64,000 bases of DNA from Eledone cirrhosa (taxonomy: Eukaryota): NCBI GenBank assembly GCA_964016885.1, contig CAXHJY010001041.1:2928-66927 (forward strand), in the 5' to 3' direction. Below are positions 39,400-52,740 of this stretch, one piece after another. Made by a program: the position numbers and the translations under genes. Under the pieces are notes generated by a model. It was not told where the DNA came from, did not search any database, and saw only the letters and a program-made list of their open reading frames with translations. Position 1 is the stretch's first letter, and the number at the start of each line of letters is the position of its first letter.

Positions 39400-40140
39400 G
39401 TGTTTGTACCAGAGTTTTCAAGTCGCTGGCTGGACTAAAAAGTCACACTCGTTCAGCGCATCGGTAGGGGTTCTCCTACATAGATATAAAGTAGTGGCTG
39501 TACTCGAAAACGAGTTGGCAGCCACCATACATATAATAATGTATGTATACTGGTAACATGTATCCCAGTACAACCTGTCTCATGGTCGGGTCGTTGGCGA
39601 CTAAACTGGCAACCCCACCAAGGTTTCTTGGTGAGGAGGGTGACTTTGGACATCCTGCAGGACTAAAAACAAAACCTGTCAAAGGGCAAAGGAGCTCGTA
39701 AGAGTCAATGGCCATCCAAAATCACCGGGAGAGATGACCTCTTAGCCTTTGTCAAGGCAGAATTCTAGGAGAAGGGAAACTCCGATATAACACCTGCAAC
39801 TCTGATGGTATCCAATGATGTTGACTTGTTCTTCTTTTTGGTAAATATTATCTTGGTTAAGAGAGTGGGACTGGCTTTGTGCAGTGCCTTTGCTCACTAT
39901 AAAAGCTTCACGGCACAGGCATTGCTTTATATCTGGAGATCTCTCTGCACTTGTCGTCACATGGTACCATGGGCCCAGCACTATGTGTCAATAATTGTTA
40001 CAAGTGTAGTGTTTGTACCAGAGTTTTCAAGTCGCTGGCTGGACTTAAAAGTCACACTCGTTCAGCGCATCGGTAAGGGTTCTCCTACATGGATATAAAG
40101 TAGTGGCCGTACTCGAAAACAAGTTGGCAGCCACCATATA
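39400..40140. mobile_element. Element with ~130-bp direct repeats (39400-39528 and 40009-40138) between TA-rich tracts
   Basis: Repeats directly visible; the interior contains a possible RTE-like 5' UTR segment (CTAGGAGAAGGGAAACTC). Confidence 0.55.
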
Positions 40141-40364
40141 TGTATGTATGTATATATATATGTATGTATTACATATTTATGTATGTATGTATTATATATA
40201 TATATATATATATATATAATAATATTATTGTACAATTCTCGTAAAATATATGTCACATCCATTCCACCCTGTAAATACGAAACTGTTGTTCACATCAATA
40301 TATATGTATCTATATTATTGTTCAGTTGAATAGGAGGTTAATTACATGTATAAACATTGATAAT

Positions 40365-40409
40365 GCTCCGATGACTCCAAATGAGAATTTGGAAGAAACG
40401 ATTGTCAGC
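40365..40409 (+). ncRNA. Type I hammerhead motif with one core substitution
   Basis: GCT CCGATGA C-TCCAAAT-GAGA-ATTTGGA-A GAAACGATTGTC AGC; 7-bp stem II with GNRA loop, GUC triplet. Confidence 0.72.
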
Positions 40410-40466
40410 TATTAAATGATTTGAACATAACTTTGATAATTGTATAATTTATTGATGCATAATTTA

Positions 40467-40513
<47 letters not shown>

Positions 40514-41163
40514 ATGTATGTATGTATGTATGTGTGTGTGTGTGTGTGTGTCCACATTGTTTCTATATAAATTCATATATTTTAATATAACTCATATGGC
40601 CTCTCCTGTGCATGTTTTTTTTCTCAAATGAAATACAGTCGAAAGTTAAGATGAAATAAGAATTAAAAGCTACATAAAGTTGATTTGACATGTCTATTGG
40701 AATATGATTATTGTACATCTCAAAAAAGCTGGTTCATTATAGAAGGAAAAGATTCTATGAATCTACAGCTGGTTGATGGAAAAAGTATTAAACTCATTGA
40801 AATTCTTAGCATGAAAAAATGCAGACAAATGGCTTTATTGACATGCTTCTCTAGTCAGAGAGAATTCATTTTTACTGAGAGGGGTGGAAAACAAAATCAA
40901 TAAATTTACTCTCACCATAAAAAATATTTCACTAAAAAGACAAATTTTCACTTCAGTAGATTGTGCTTACATTTTAAGAAACATTTCACAATATTTTTAA
41001 TCTGGCGTACTTTTATCAAAGATGTTATATATATATTTTTTTAACATGTTTCATAGATTTTTGCAAAAAAAGGTTAAAATAATGAAAAGGAAAATTACTG
41101 TGTAGAGTGCTCAGGTGCACTAAAAATGGAAGGTAGGAGATGAAATGTAAATATTACTGTAAA

Positions 41164-41244
41164 AGCTTCGATGAGGTTCGAACACAAACGATAAGTTCCC
41201 AATGGATTAGTAGTCCATCACCTTAACCACTTGGCCACCTCGTC
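41164..41244 (-). pseudogene. tRNA-Ser(GCT)-derived pseudogene, anticodon now ACT
   Basis: Minus: GACGAGGTGGCCAAGTGGTTAAGGTGATGGACTACTAATCCATTG..GTTCGAACC; the 3' acceptor strand does not pair with the 5' end. Confidence 0.75.
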
Positions 41245-41797
41245 ACTTTAAGAGAGAGCCAAAGTTGACCACAGACTTGCTGGGATTATATGTATTGCTG
41301 TCAACTAAGAAATAGTTATTACTTAGTTTAAATTGAAAAGAATATAATTTGTTTTTAAGTTCAATGATTTGAGGACAATTCTCTCTGTGTATCTGATATA
41401 GAATTGGTACATGATATTCCAGTGTGTCATAAAAGGTGACTAAAAGAGTAGGCTTCAGGAAGGGCATCCATCTATAAAACACTACCTCAAAAAAGGACCC
41501 ATTGTGCTTATAAAGCCTATCAGATGGCCTGAAGGAATAGTGGCTTTTGTAATGAAATAATTAATAATTTTAGTAAATCTCTTGAAATTCTTCATTAATT
41601 AAATAAAATAGAGTGTATTTCATTAGAAATGTGATCATGAAAGGGTTAAAGTATTTATATCAATATAAAACCCTTTCATTATAATGTTATGCAAGAACCT
41701 TTAAGTTATGCTCTAAACACCAACTTCATAATAAGAAAGTTAGTTATATTATTAAATCCCTTGAAATGTTTGATTATTTTCAAAATGATTTGAAAAT

Positions 41798-42561
41798 CAT
41801 AGACAGTGTCTTTCATTAGAAATATGGTAAAGAAAGGGTTAATGACATAGACAGTGTCTTTCATTAGAAATATGGTAAAGAAAGGGTTAATGACATAGAC
41901 AGTGTCTTTCATTAGAAATATGGTAAAGAAAGGGTTAATGACATAGACAGTGTCTTTCATTAGAAATATGGTAAAGAAAGGGTTAATGACATAGACAGTG
42001 TCTTTCATTAGAAATATGGTAAAGAAAGGGTTAATGACATAGACAGTGTCTTTCATTAGAAATATGGTAAAGAAAGGGTTAATGACATAGACAGTGTCTT
42101 TCATTAGAAATATGGTAAAGAAAGGGTTAATGACATAGACAGTGTCTTTCATTAGAAATATGGTAAAGAAAGGGTTAATGACATAGACAGTGTCTTTCAT
42201 TAGAAATATGGGTAAAGAAAGGGTTAATGACATATACAGTGTCTTTCATTAGAAATATGGTAAAGAAAGGGTTAATGACATAGACAGTGTCTTTCATTAG
42301 AAATATGGTAAAGAAAGGGTTAATGACATAGACAGTGTCTTTCATTAGAAATATGGTAAAGAAAGGGTTAATGACAGACAGTGTCTTTCATTAGAAATAT
42401 GGTAAAGAAAGGGTTAATGACATAGACAGTGTCTTTCATTAGAAATATGGTAAAGAAAGGGTTAATGACATAGGTAGTGTCTTTCATTAGAAATATGGTA
42501 ATGAAAGGGTTAATGACATAGACAGTGTCTTTCATTAGAAATATGGCAATGGAAGGGTTAA
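41798..42561. repeat. 48-bp minisatellite, ~16 copies, each containing AAAGGGTTAA
   Basis: Near-perfect units continuing from a piggyBac-like MITE body at 41670-41840. Confidence 0.96.
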
Positions 42562-42769
42562 ATTAAAACAGTATTTATTAGTATAAGATGTGATCTCTAT
42601 TCTATTTCCCCATAAGGTTAGGTTTAGAGTGAACATGGCTTTATCTAACTTGAGAGACTCATCAATTCTGTCACCTCTCTGAACACTTCTTTGTACTTCA
42701 AAACAACAGACATTCTTCTACATTTCACTCTCAGAATTCTGTACAGATTTCTACTGACCAAATATGACA

Positions 42770-43575
42770 TTCACTGTCACATCCCCCTTCACTGTCACAT
42801 CCCCCTTCACTGTCACATCCCCCTTCACTGTCACACCCCCTTCACTGTCACTTCACCTTCACAGTCACTTCACCTTCACAGTCATCTGTCATTCACAGTC
42901 ACTTCACCTTCACAGTCATCTATCACTTCCCCTTCACAGACATCTGTCATCTGTCACTTCCCCTTCACAGTCATCTGTCACCTGTCACTTCCCCTTCACA
43001 GACATCTGTCACCTGTCACTTCTCCTTCACAGTCATCTGTCACTTCACCTTCACAGTCATCTGTCACTTCCCCTTCACAGTCATCTGTCACCTGTCACTT
43101 ACCCTTCACAGTCATCTGTCACGTCACCTTCACAGTCATCTGTCACTTTCCCTTCACAGTCATCTGTCACCTGTCACTTACCCTTCACAGTCATCTGTCA
43201 CTTACCCTTCACAGTCATCTGTTACTTCCCCTTCACAGTCATCTGTCACTTACCCTTCACAGTCATCTGTCACTTCCCCCTCACAGTCATCTGTCACCTG
43301 TCACTTACCCTTCACAGTCATCTGTCACCTGTCACTTACCCTTCACAGTCATCTGTCACCTGTCACTTACTCTTCACAGTCATCTGTCACTTCACCTTCA
43401 CAGTCATCTGTTACTTCCCCCTCACAGTCATCTGTCACCTGTCACTTACCCTTCACAGTCATCTGTCACTTACCCTTCACAGTCATCTGTCACCTGTCAC
43501 TTACCCTTCACAGTCATCTGTCACCTGTCACTTACTCTTCACAGTCATCTGTCACTTCACCTTCACAGTCATCGG
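42770..43575. repeat. 24/31-bp composite minisatellite CACTTACCCTTCACAGTCATCTGT(CACCTGT)
   Basis: Directly visible. Confidence 0.93.
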
Positions 43576-43814
43576 TCATCTGGAAATTTAATCATCTTTC
43601 TATAGTCTGTTGACAAAAACTCATTAAACCAATCTTTTCAATCATACTTTCTTAAAGGACCACATTTTCAATCATACTTTCTTAAGGGACCACATTTTCA
43701 ATCATACTTTTTTAACGATTTTTAAATGATTCTTGTGTTAGCAGAAAGCATACAATCACCACCATCCACATCACCATCATCACCATCATCATCATCATTG
43801 TTTCTAACTGATCT

Positions 43815-43925
43815 AATCTGGGTCTCCAAGTGAGACCAGCCAAGCTCATGGATGTTATCCAACCATCTTACTCGGGGTCTACTCCAGGGTCTCCTGCCAG
43901 TTGGTTTTGCCCATAAAATCTGTCC
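43815..43925 (-). mobile_element. RTE (Rex3/Expander-like) ORF 3' fragment
   Basis: QILWAKPTGRRPWSRPRVRWLDNIHELGWSHL. Confidence 0.75.
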
Positions 43926-44483
43926 AATAAAAAAAAACATTAAAAAGTGGCCAAACTGTTGTCCATGAGCAGAAATAATGAAAGAGACATAGAAATGAGG
44001 TTATTAAGTTGAGAGAAAGTTTGTTGTTGGGTAACCATGAGAATCTAATGATTAAAGTAGAGAATATAAATGACCTCTGTAAGTGTTAATAAGAAGTGTA
44101 CCAGTTGTTTAATCAATGGTGTGGCTTAATTATTAAATTAATTTGCAGGTAGTTGAGTATTACACTTTGCATTGGTCACCCTCAAAACGTCAGGCATCCT
44201 AGCACCCTGTACAGCTGAGCTCCTCTGTAATACCAGAATAAGAGCAGCCCACCTGACAAAGGTGGGGTGGTTGTTGCAGCTGGTGTTGTTGGTCATTGTC
44301 TGCAGAAACACTGCTCTGGCCTAGGGGTCACTCTCTCCCCTTCTCCCTTCTTTTGTCTAGTAGTCCTTCTTCTTCCTTTTCCTTTCATTTATGGCATTTA
44401 TAGTCCTTTCCAATACTGCTTTCTTTTTCTATATGTTTAAAAAGATTCTGAAAATATATATATATAATGTATACACACACACA

Positions 44484-44587
<104 letters not shown>

Positions 44588-46257
44588 GTGGTTTCAGGCA
44601 GTTTGCTATCAAAAGGGTTAACAAAGAATTCTTACTGTAAAATAACACTCTAATCATTCAAGTAATATTTCTGAATTTCCAGAACAATCCAACCCATTCT
44701 AATATGAATGTATGTAAATATCCTTTCAAATTTACAGGATTTGCAAATTTTAAAATTTATTTCAATAAAATAAATGTCAAATGATAAAAACAAACTAAAT
44801 AAATATATAGAAGTTGATGGAAAATTTCTAAAATATACAACAAATTATAAACTCATATAATAAGTTAATTTCAAGATCTTGTCTTGAAAACAGCACAGCC
44901 TGTAAATTCCTGTATAACATATATACATATATACAGTCACACACATACACATACAGGCAGACACATACAGATATTAATGCACACAGAGGCACACACACAT
45001 GTACACACAGAGAGACATACACATACAGTCTCTCACAGTTTCTCACACACACACATATATATACACACATACATATATACACATAGACACAGTCTCACAC
45101 ACACACCCGGACATATACACACATACATACATGGCACATCAATACACATGTACAAACATACACATTCATATATCTAAATGCTACTAGAATAATCTTTGCA
45201 ATTATTTTTAAACCTTCTCAAAAACCTTCTCAATATCTGAAGAAATTCTGCAGTGGTCCAAGAAGAAAGTAATTTTCTAGTTGAATGAATTTCAAGATTT
45301 TGTTCAAATCTAAACTTTCTGCCACAAAACTACTATTTTTTTTTAAAAAGGGATTTCCTATGTAAATCTCATTTCCAAGATTTTTATTTTTCCTCTTCCA
45401 GTTTTTATTAATACAATTCTCTAGAATCTAATCCAAAAAATATTATAGTTCATTTTATCCCCCCCCCCCCCCCCCATTAAAAGTGGTATTGGCACTGCAG
45501 AGGACAATGTCTGATTGAATACGATAAATAGCATTGACTGTGAAGGAAACATTTCTACAATCAGATCATAGCTTCCATGTGTAAATTTAATGATATTGCA
45601 TTATGGGGAAAAATGAGTCAGTCATCTTAAATATTTTATTTTTTTTAATTTTCAACTCTTTATACTTTTCTAAAGGTGCAGGCATGGCTGAGAAGTGAAT
45701 TCCTCAGCTATGTGGTTTTAGGTCCAGTTATATCACGTGTCTTCTGCTATAAGTAGCAGATTGACCAGTGTGTTCATCATCATCACCATTTAACGTCTGT
45801 TTTTTTATGTTTGCATGGGTTAGACGGATTGCCCACATTATGAGGTCAGTCTGGCCAGGTAGCCACACTGTGCCCTGCTCAAATGGAACTGGTATTTGGC
45901 ATATCTTACACTATAATATAACATGGACTGTACTAGTAATTAAAAGAGCCAGCCTTGTCACACAGTGTGTTACACTGAATCTCCCTGAGAATAACATTAA
46001 AAGTACACAAGACTATGGTAAAGATACTGGCTCAAGATGCTATGGAGTGGGATGAAACCTAGGACTTCGTGATTGAGAAGTGAACTTCTAAACCATTCAG
46101 CAATGTCTGCTTTTACAAAATTAACTCTTCTTTGAGTATTGACTACTTATTTCATCCATTTGTATATCTGTGAAGAACTGTAACCATCTACTATTACAGT
46201 CAAACAATGATGGCGTCCCTAGGTATGTCTCTTGATCACTTCTTATTAATCTGGTAT

Positions 46258-46448
46258 CGGTGGATTGGCAGTATCGGTAGAGGGTCGGACGCCATGCTTT
46301 GACGCATAGAGTTACGGTCCTTGCCATTCTGAGTTCAAATCCCGCCGAGGTTTACTTTGGCTTTCATCCTTACGGGGTCGATAAAATAAAGTACCAGTAA
46401 TGCACTGGGTAATTACTGGCCTTGTGCCAAAAGTAGAAACAATTATTA
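46258..46448 (+). mobile_element. Full type 1 SINE
   Basis: Head, B-box, core and tail, close to other young copies. Confidence 0.9.
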
Positions 46449-48469
46449 CACATCTCCAAATATTCCAGTTTAATGAAGATAAATTTAGTAATTAATAGAA
46501 ATAAAATACAATTTTGTTTTTTAAATATACCTCTTTGGTTTTAATCTGAGATTCTTCTGGCTGTGAGTTCCACATCTTTGGAAGTCTTTAGAAAAAGTAA
46601 AACAGCATTAAAAAGTTTCCTAATAGATTTGAATATCTTTATAAGTAGACCTGATCCAATACGTCAAAAGCAGAACTTTCTGATATGTACTTCAGTTAGT
46701 AGTCAGTGACCTGACAACAGTAATGGTGTCACTTGGTTGTAATTGTATATTTTTGGAGACATGTCACCTTTCACATGGATATATTGTCCATAACAGAAGT
46801 GTGGGAAGCTTCCCTCAGTTTCTTAAAGCAGTTACATCATTTAAGAGAAAGATTGCCAATTAATCCACTTGCCTTGTTCCTTCCAGATGAATGAAAACAT
46901 CAATGATTTGTGTCAATCCTTATTTGTTAGTTTAACATTGCCAGGTATGAATAAAGACATGGTCACCATGTGTGTTATTGTAAAGAAGCATCTTTCTTAA
47001 GACAGGGCATCACTGTCAACAGAGCTAATATTCTCCACTCTACAGACGGCTTTTATAATATTCTGTGATGAAAAGAAACCATTTTCAGCAATGAATTCAA
47101 AATTATTGTGAAAATGATTCCAACCAGTGTTCCATTCTTCCCATTCAATGGTTTTGCCTCCAAATATGTTTTATATCGACACAAGAGAAATAAAAATATA
47201 TAAAAGAAGATACAACTTGTAAAGTAGTTACTAGAACTATTTTATATTTCAGCTTAATTTCTTGTTGGTTAATTAGAATATGGTTAATTAGAATATGGTT
47301 AATTAGAATATGGTTAAAAGGTATCTTATGAAGCAGTTATAGTAATTTATTTCTGCTTGACTTTTTAGTTTTATCCCTTTGGCAACGACAACTATATGTG
47401 TAACAAAAAGAATTTTATATCCTTACTGTGGCAAAATTCCTCAAATGTCTGGTCATGGACTGTGACAACCTGTCCGACCCATGCCAGGGAAAGTGAATGT
47501 AAAATGAGGATGGTTAGATTTTTTAAATTTAATACCTGTATGTATAAGTTTTCCATTAATTGCACCAAGCTGACTTTGATATGCAAAAAATTGGGGGGGT
47601 TTGCTGTGTTTTCTAATTTTCCCCAAACTATTTCAAGTAATTAATGAAGGATTTTGAGGGATTTACTAAAATTATCATTTCACTACTAAGATAGTTTTCC
47701 CTTCGACATTGGTGGCAAATTGTGCTTCTAATATATTAATCAACCTGTCATGTGATCTAAGATGTATGAGTGACAGCTGCTCTGTCCTAAATGTCTGAAC
47801 AGTACTCTAATATTCTACACAGGTTTTGTTAGCAAATGTTTATAACTTAAATAGTTCTTGACTGTCATTTATGTATAGGTCATTTATAAAAGGTCATCAT
47901 ACATTGTAAGTCTCAGTATTTGTAAATACTACGCACATACACATGTGTGTGTATTACACACATTTGCTACACAAACTCTCACATGTACACAAATATGCCA
48001 AGAAACATTGTTGTTCCATCTAATCACTAATTCCAAATAGACTTTATATCAACTGTTATACTACAATAACATGACACTACTCTCCAAACAGTTTTATGCT
48101 ATTGTGTGTCTATGTGTTTGGTAAGGTATCTATCATTGTATATAAATACAGGTAAAATTCCAGTATAACATTTTTTTCCATCTCCGAGGTAATAACAAAC
48201 ACTCGATTCGTTTAGGTCAATCTCGTTATAAAGAATTTTTCGTTGCGACAAATTTTTTTTTATACCTTTTATAATTTCATTATAATGGGATTTCACTGAA
48301 TTTGATGAAGAAAAACTATATTTTTGACCTGCAGATTATAGAAACCCCCATACCACAATATTTCATCGTGCAGTTTATTTTATTTAATACAACAAAATGG
48401 TGACATCCCCCACCAACTTATTCCTGAGAGGGTCATGGGAGCAGAGTCCTCAAACACTCCTTCCAACGG

Positions 48470-49040
48470 GTCCTGTCAGAAGCAACTGACCCCAACTGAT
48501 CCGGCTGGATCCCCAAGTGAGACCACCCTGGGTCTCCTGTCGGTTTGTTTTACCTGTAAAATCTCCTCAGCGATTCTTTCCTTAGACGTTCTAACCACAT
48601 GCCTATAGTATTGGAGCTGTGATCTCCCAATTCTGTGAAGTAGCAACTCTACCTTGAGTGACTCTACCTTGAGTGACTCTACCTTGAGTGATTCTACCTT
48701 GAGTGACTCTACCTCGAGCGACTCTACCTTGAGCGATTCTACCTTGAGTGACTCTACCTTGAGTGACTCTACCTTGAGTAACTCTACCTTGAGCGACTCT
48801 ACCTTCAGTGACTCTATCTTGAGTGACTCTACCTGTAGTGACTCTACCTTGAGTGACTCTACCTGTAGTGATTCTACCTTGAGTGACTCTACCTTCAGTG
48901 ACTCTACCTTGAGTGACTCTACCTTGAGCGACTCTACCTGTAGTGACTCTACCTGTAGTGACTCTACCTTGAGTGACTCTACCTTGAGTGACTCTACCTT
49001 GAGCGACTCTCTGATCTTCGAGCTAATCACATTTATAATT
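48470..49040 (-). mobile_element. RTE (Rex3/Expander-like) ORF fragment containing an in-frame minisatellite
   Basis: SSKIRESLKVE[SLKVE]n LLLHRIGRSQLQYYRHVVR..ERI..RRPR. Confidence 0.8.
48646..49010. repeat. 15-bp minisatellite GTGACTCTACCTTGA, ~24 copies
   Basis: Directly visible. Confidence 0.96.
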
Positions 49041-50329
49041 AAAAGACAAAATGTCTTTCTTGCGAGAATTATATGAAGTTGTATTTCCATCTTTGTTTAT
49101 GTGGTTTATTTACTACAACGTTGTTGTTCTCTTCTGAGTGTTTAGAGTGGCTGGGTAGCAAGTGCTCAACACATACATTCTTATGCTCTACCAACTTCAT
49201 TTTATCATGGCACCAGCACTAGGGAGGCTGCCGTGCCCTTGACACAGCTGAAGGGTCCTCTTGACCCTTTATTTGACAGGATTTTCTACAGATTTAGTTT
49301 AAATGTGTCAACCAGCTTTCAAATCCTCCCACTCAACTACTTAATATTTTAATAGGTTTTTATCCTGTTTATCATTTCTATATTTCTGCAGTTAACTTCA
49401 CCATTATGTCTCTTTGATGATAACAGATCAGGCTATAAAACATCCATACCTTGAGCAAGTTAATTAATCTAATTTAAATATATGAGGGAAAGAAGGGGAA
49501 GACAACAGAGTATGAGAGGGGGGATATAAAGAGAGGGCTCTCTCTCTCTCTATATATATATATAGAGAGAGAGAGAGAGGGAGAGAGAGAGGGGGATCTA
49601 AAGAGAGGGATATATATATATACATATGAGAGAGAAAGTGAAAGAGATCCCAAATAGAAAAAGAGTGATAGTGTGAGAGGATGGAAAGAGAGAGAGGAGG
49701 GGAGGCAATGTGGTTTGAATGAAGAGAAAGGAAGAGAGAGAGCTAGGGCAACAAAAATAAACAAACCCCCACCATCTCCATCACTAACACCACCACTCCC
49801 TTTCACTACTACCACCACCACCCCATCACTACTACGACAACCACCAGCATCCCCATCACTAATTTCTATTTTATAATGTTAATAGCAATGTTGTTCCTGT
49901 TCCAACAAAAGGCACCCAGTCCACTCTGTAAAGTAGTCATGTAGGTGTCACAACAAACAGCACCCAGTCCACTCTGTTTGATCAAGATAAGGTCATGTGA
50001 CCTGACTTGCCTCACAACAGGATAACTCGTCTAACCCATGCTAGTGTGGAAGAATGGATGTTAAATGGTGATATATATATGGTCGATTGATCAGGTGATA
50101 TATTGATCTTCTCTGATCAATCAATACTCTGAAACAATCTTAAAACAAAGAACTATTGATCTCTGACTTTTGTTTTATTTTCATTGTTCTATACACACAT
50201 ACACACACAGATTTATATATACATATACACACACAGATTTATATACATATATACACACACAGATATAGATAGATATATACATACACACACAGATATATAT
50301 ATATACAAACACAGACACACACACAGATA

Positions 50330-50940
50330 TCATCATCATCGTTTAACGTCCATCTTCCACGCTAGCATGGGTTTGGACGGGAATTTTCCCACTTGAGGCA
50401 AGAGTGGTTGTCCTGCTCGTATAAGACTGTCTGGCGGGTTTTCTACGGCTGGATGCCCTTCCTAACACCAACCACGTTTACAGTGTGGACTGGGAGGTTT
50501 TTACCGTGTTACCTACACGGCCACATTACAGCATGGACTGTGTTTTTGTTTTGTCGTGACACCTGCACGACCTCATTTGTTTCGGACTGGATGTTGTGGT
50601 ACCAACATAACTCTGCATTGAAAGGGGTGGTGTGGATGGGGTGGGGGTAGTCGGACAGGGGTGTATTTTTGTTAGAGGTGCCTACTGACTGTAGGTTTCG
50701 CTTTGTACTTAGGCAAGGCGGGTCTTCTGTATTACTGTGTAGCGCCAAAGATCTCGGTCCAGTGACATTGTCTTGGAGAGGTGTAAGTGTGTGAGGTCGG
50801 AATTTATCAGATCGTCCCAGATTTTTCTGGATCTGCCTACTCCGTAGCTACCGTCTATTTTGATCGCCCTGCACTTTTTTATACAGCTGTCGTCTTTCAT
50901 GCGCATCACGTGACCATACCAACGTAGTCTTCTCTCGAGT
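50330..50940 (-). mobile_element. RTE-clade LINE 3' end: ORF C-terminus, 3' UTR and (GAT)n tail
   Basis: ERRLRWYGHVMRMKDDSCIKKC..GRSRKIWDD..DRDLWR*; UTR ends CCCATGCTAGCGTGGAAGATGGACGTTAAACGATGATGAT. Confidence 0.92.
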
Positions 50941-51185
50941 AATATATATATATACATACACACAGATTTATATATACACACACACACACACTATATATAT
51001 ATATACACGCATATATAAATATATTAAGTTAGACATAACCTGGGCAAATACTGGTTGAAACCTATCAAAATTATATATATATATTTAGTTATCTAATAAA
51101 CAAAATATGATAATTATTTCATTTACCAGTGGTTTCTTGAAGACATATATTTGTTTTTCCTGTACCTTTCCAACGGAAATACTTC

Positions 51186-51226
<41 letters not shown>

Positions 51227-51424
51227 TGTGTGTGTCTATGTATTTGTATGTGTTTGTATGTCTGTGCTTGTATATATATATAAAGATGACACACACATGG
51301 TTGGTAATTAAATACCTTTTTTTTGTTATATACAATTGAATCTGATAATTTCTCTACAAAGGTATTGAATATGACATCCTTTGGAGAATGAAACATATGT
51401 AAATAATGTATTGTTAAACCTTGG

Positions 51425-51738
<314 letters not shown>

Positions 51739-52408
51739 AGTGTTTAATGAGATGACAATTTCATGGTGTTGTGATGTTATCTCAACTTTGGTTGTCTTTC
51801 ATTTTCACTATTAACCATTGCAATGACATATTTAGAGCAAATCTAGTAATTGACCCCATCTACAACACCAGGACCCTTTTTTCCTGGCTGTCCCCTCCTA
51901 TCTTTCACTCTTCCCTGGCCTCCCCCTCCCACCACAACACAGGGTTCATGGCTGCTGTATAAAATTGCTATCATTAAATCTCTTTAGCTATTAGACCAGT
52001 GCATGCTATGTTGTGCTGTGGTGTGTGTGTTTGTGATGTGGTCGATGTGTGTGTTTATCTGTGTGTGTGGGCGTTTTTGTGCTGTGGTGCATGTGTGTGT
52101 GTGTGTATATATGTGTCTGTGCTGTGATGAGCGTGTATGTGTGTTACTATGCTCTGTATGTTACCCCCCCCCCCTCCTCCAATGTAACTATCACCTAAAT
52201 GGACTTGTTATTATTAATGGCTGTTATTAAGGTCATCATCACTGCTACAGTTTTATATACACATGGATGGCTCTATCTCTCTCTCTCTCTTTCTCTTTCT
52301 CTCTCTCTTTCTCTCTCTCTACCCCCCACTCTCCTGAGCGTGAATCTAATAAACATTTGTCGTACTGCCTCTCTGTTCTGTCCCTGTTCAATTTTTTATT
52401 ATATATAT

Positions 52409-52740
52409 ATATGAAATAAAATGTCTTGCTCAAGGAAACCCCCCCCCCCCGGGTCTGAGAATTGAGACCCGGGGGGGGGGGGGTTTCCTTGAGCAAGACA
52501 TTTTATTTCATATTGCTCCAGTTTACTCAGCTGTAGAAATGAGATGATAATGATAGGGACTGGGGTCCCTATCATTCCACTGCAAAGTGGTCGTGGAGGT
52601 GCCACAACAAAAAAGCACCCAGCACTCACTGTAAATGAGGTTGGTGTTAGGAAGGGCATCCAGCTGTAGAAATCAAGCCAAGATCAGTTCCCGTCCCACC
52701 CTTGTAAGCAGGGAAAAGCGGACATAAAATGATGATATGA
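52409..52740 (+). mobile_element. CORE-like SINE with RTE-type tail and a fold-back palindrome at its truncated 5' end
   Basis: Palindrome 52409-52513; body matches 53850-54100. Confidence 0.85.

Noticed and set aside
40685-40903. 72-aa non-repetitive ORF
   Set aside because: Non-ATG start, no recognised homology or splice support.
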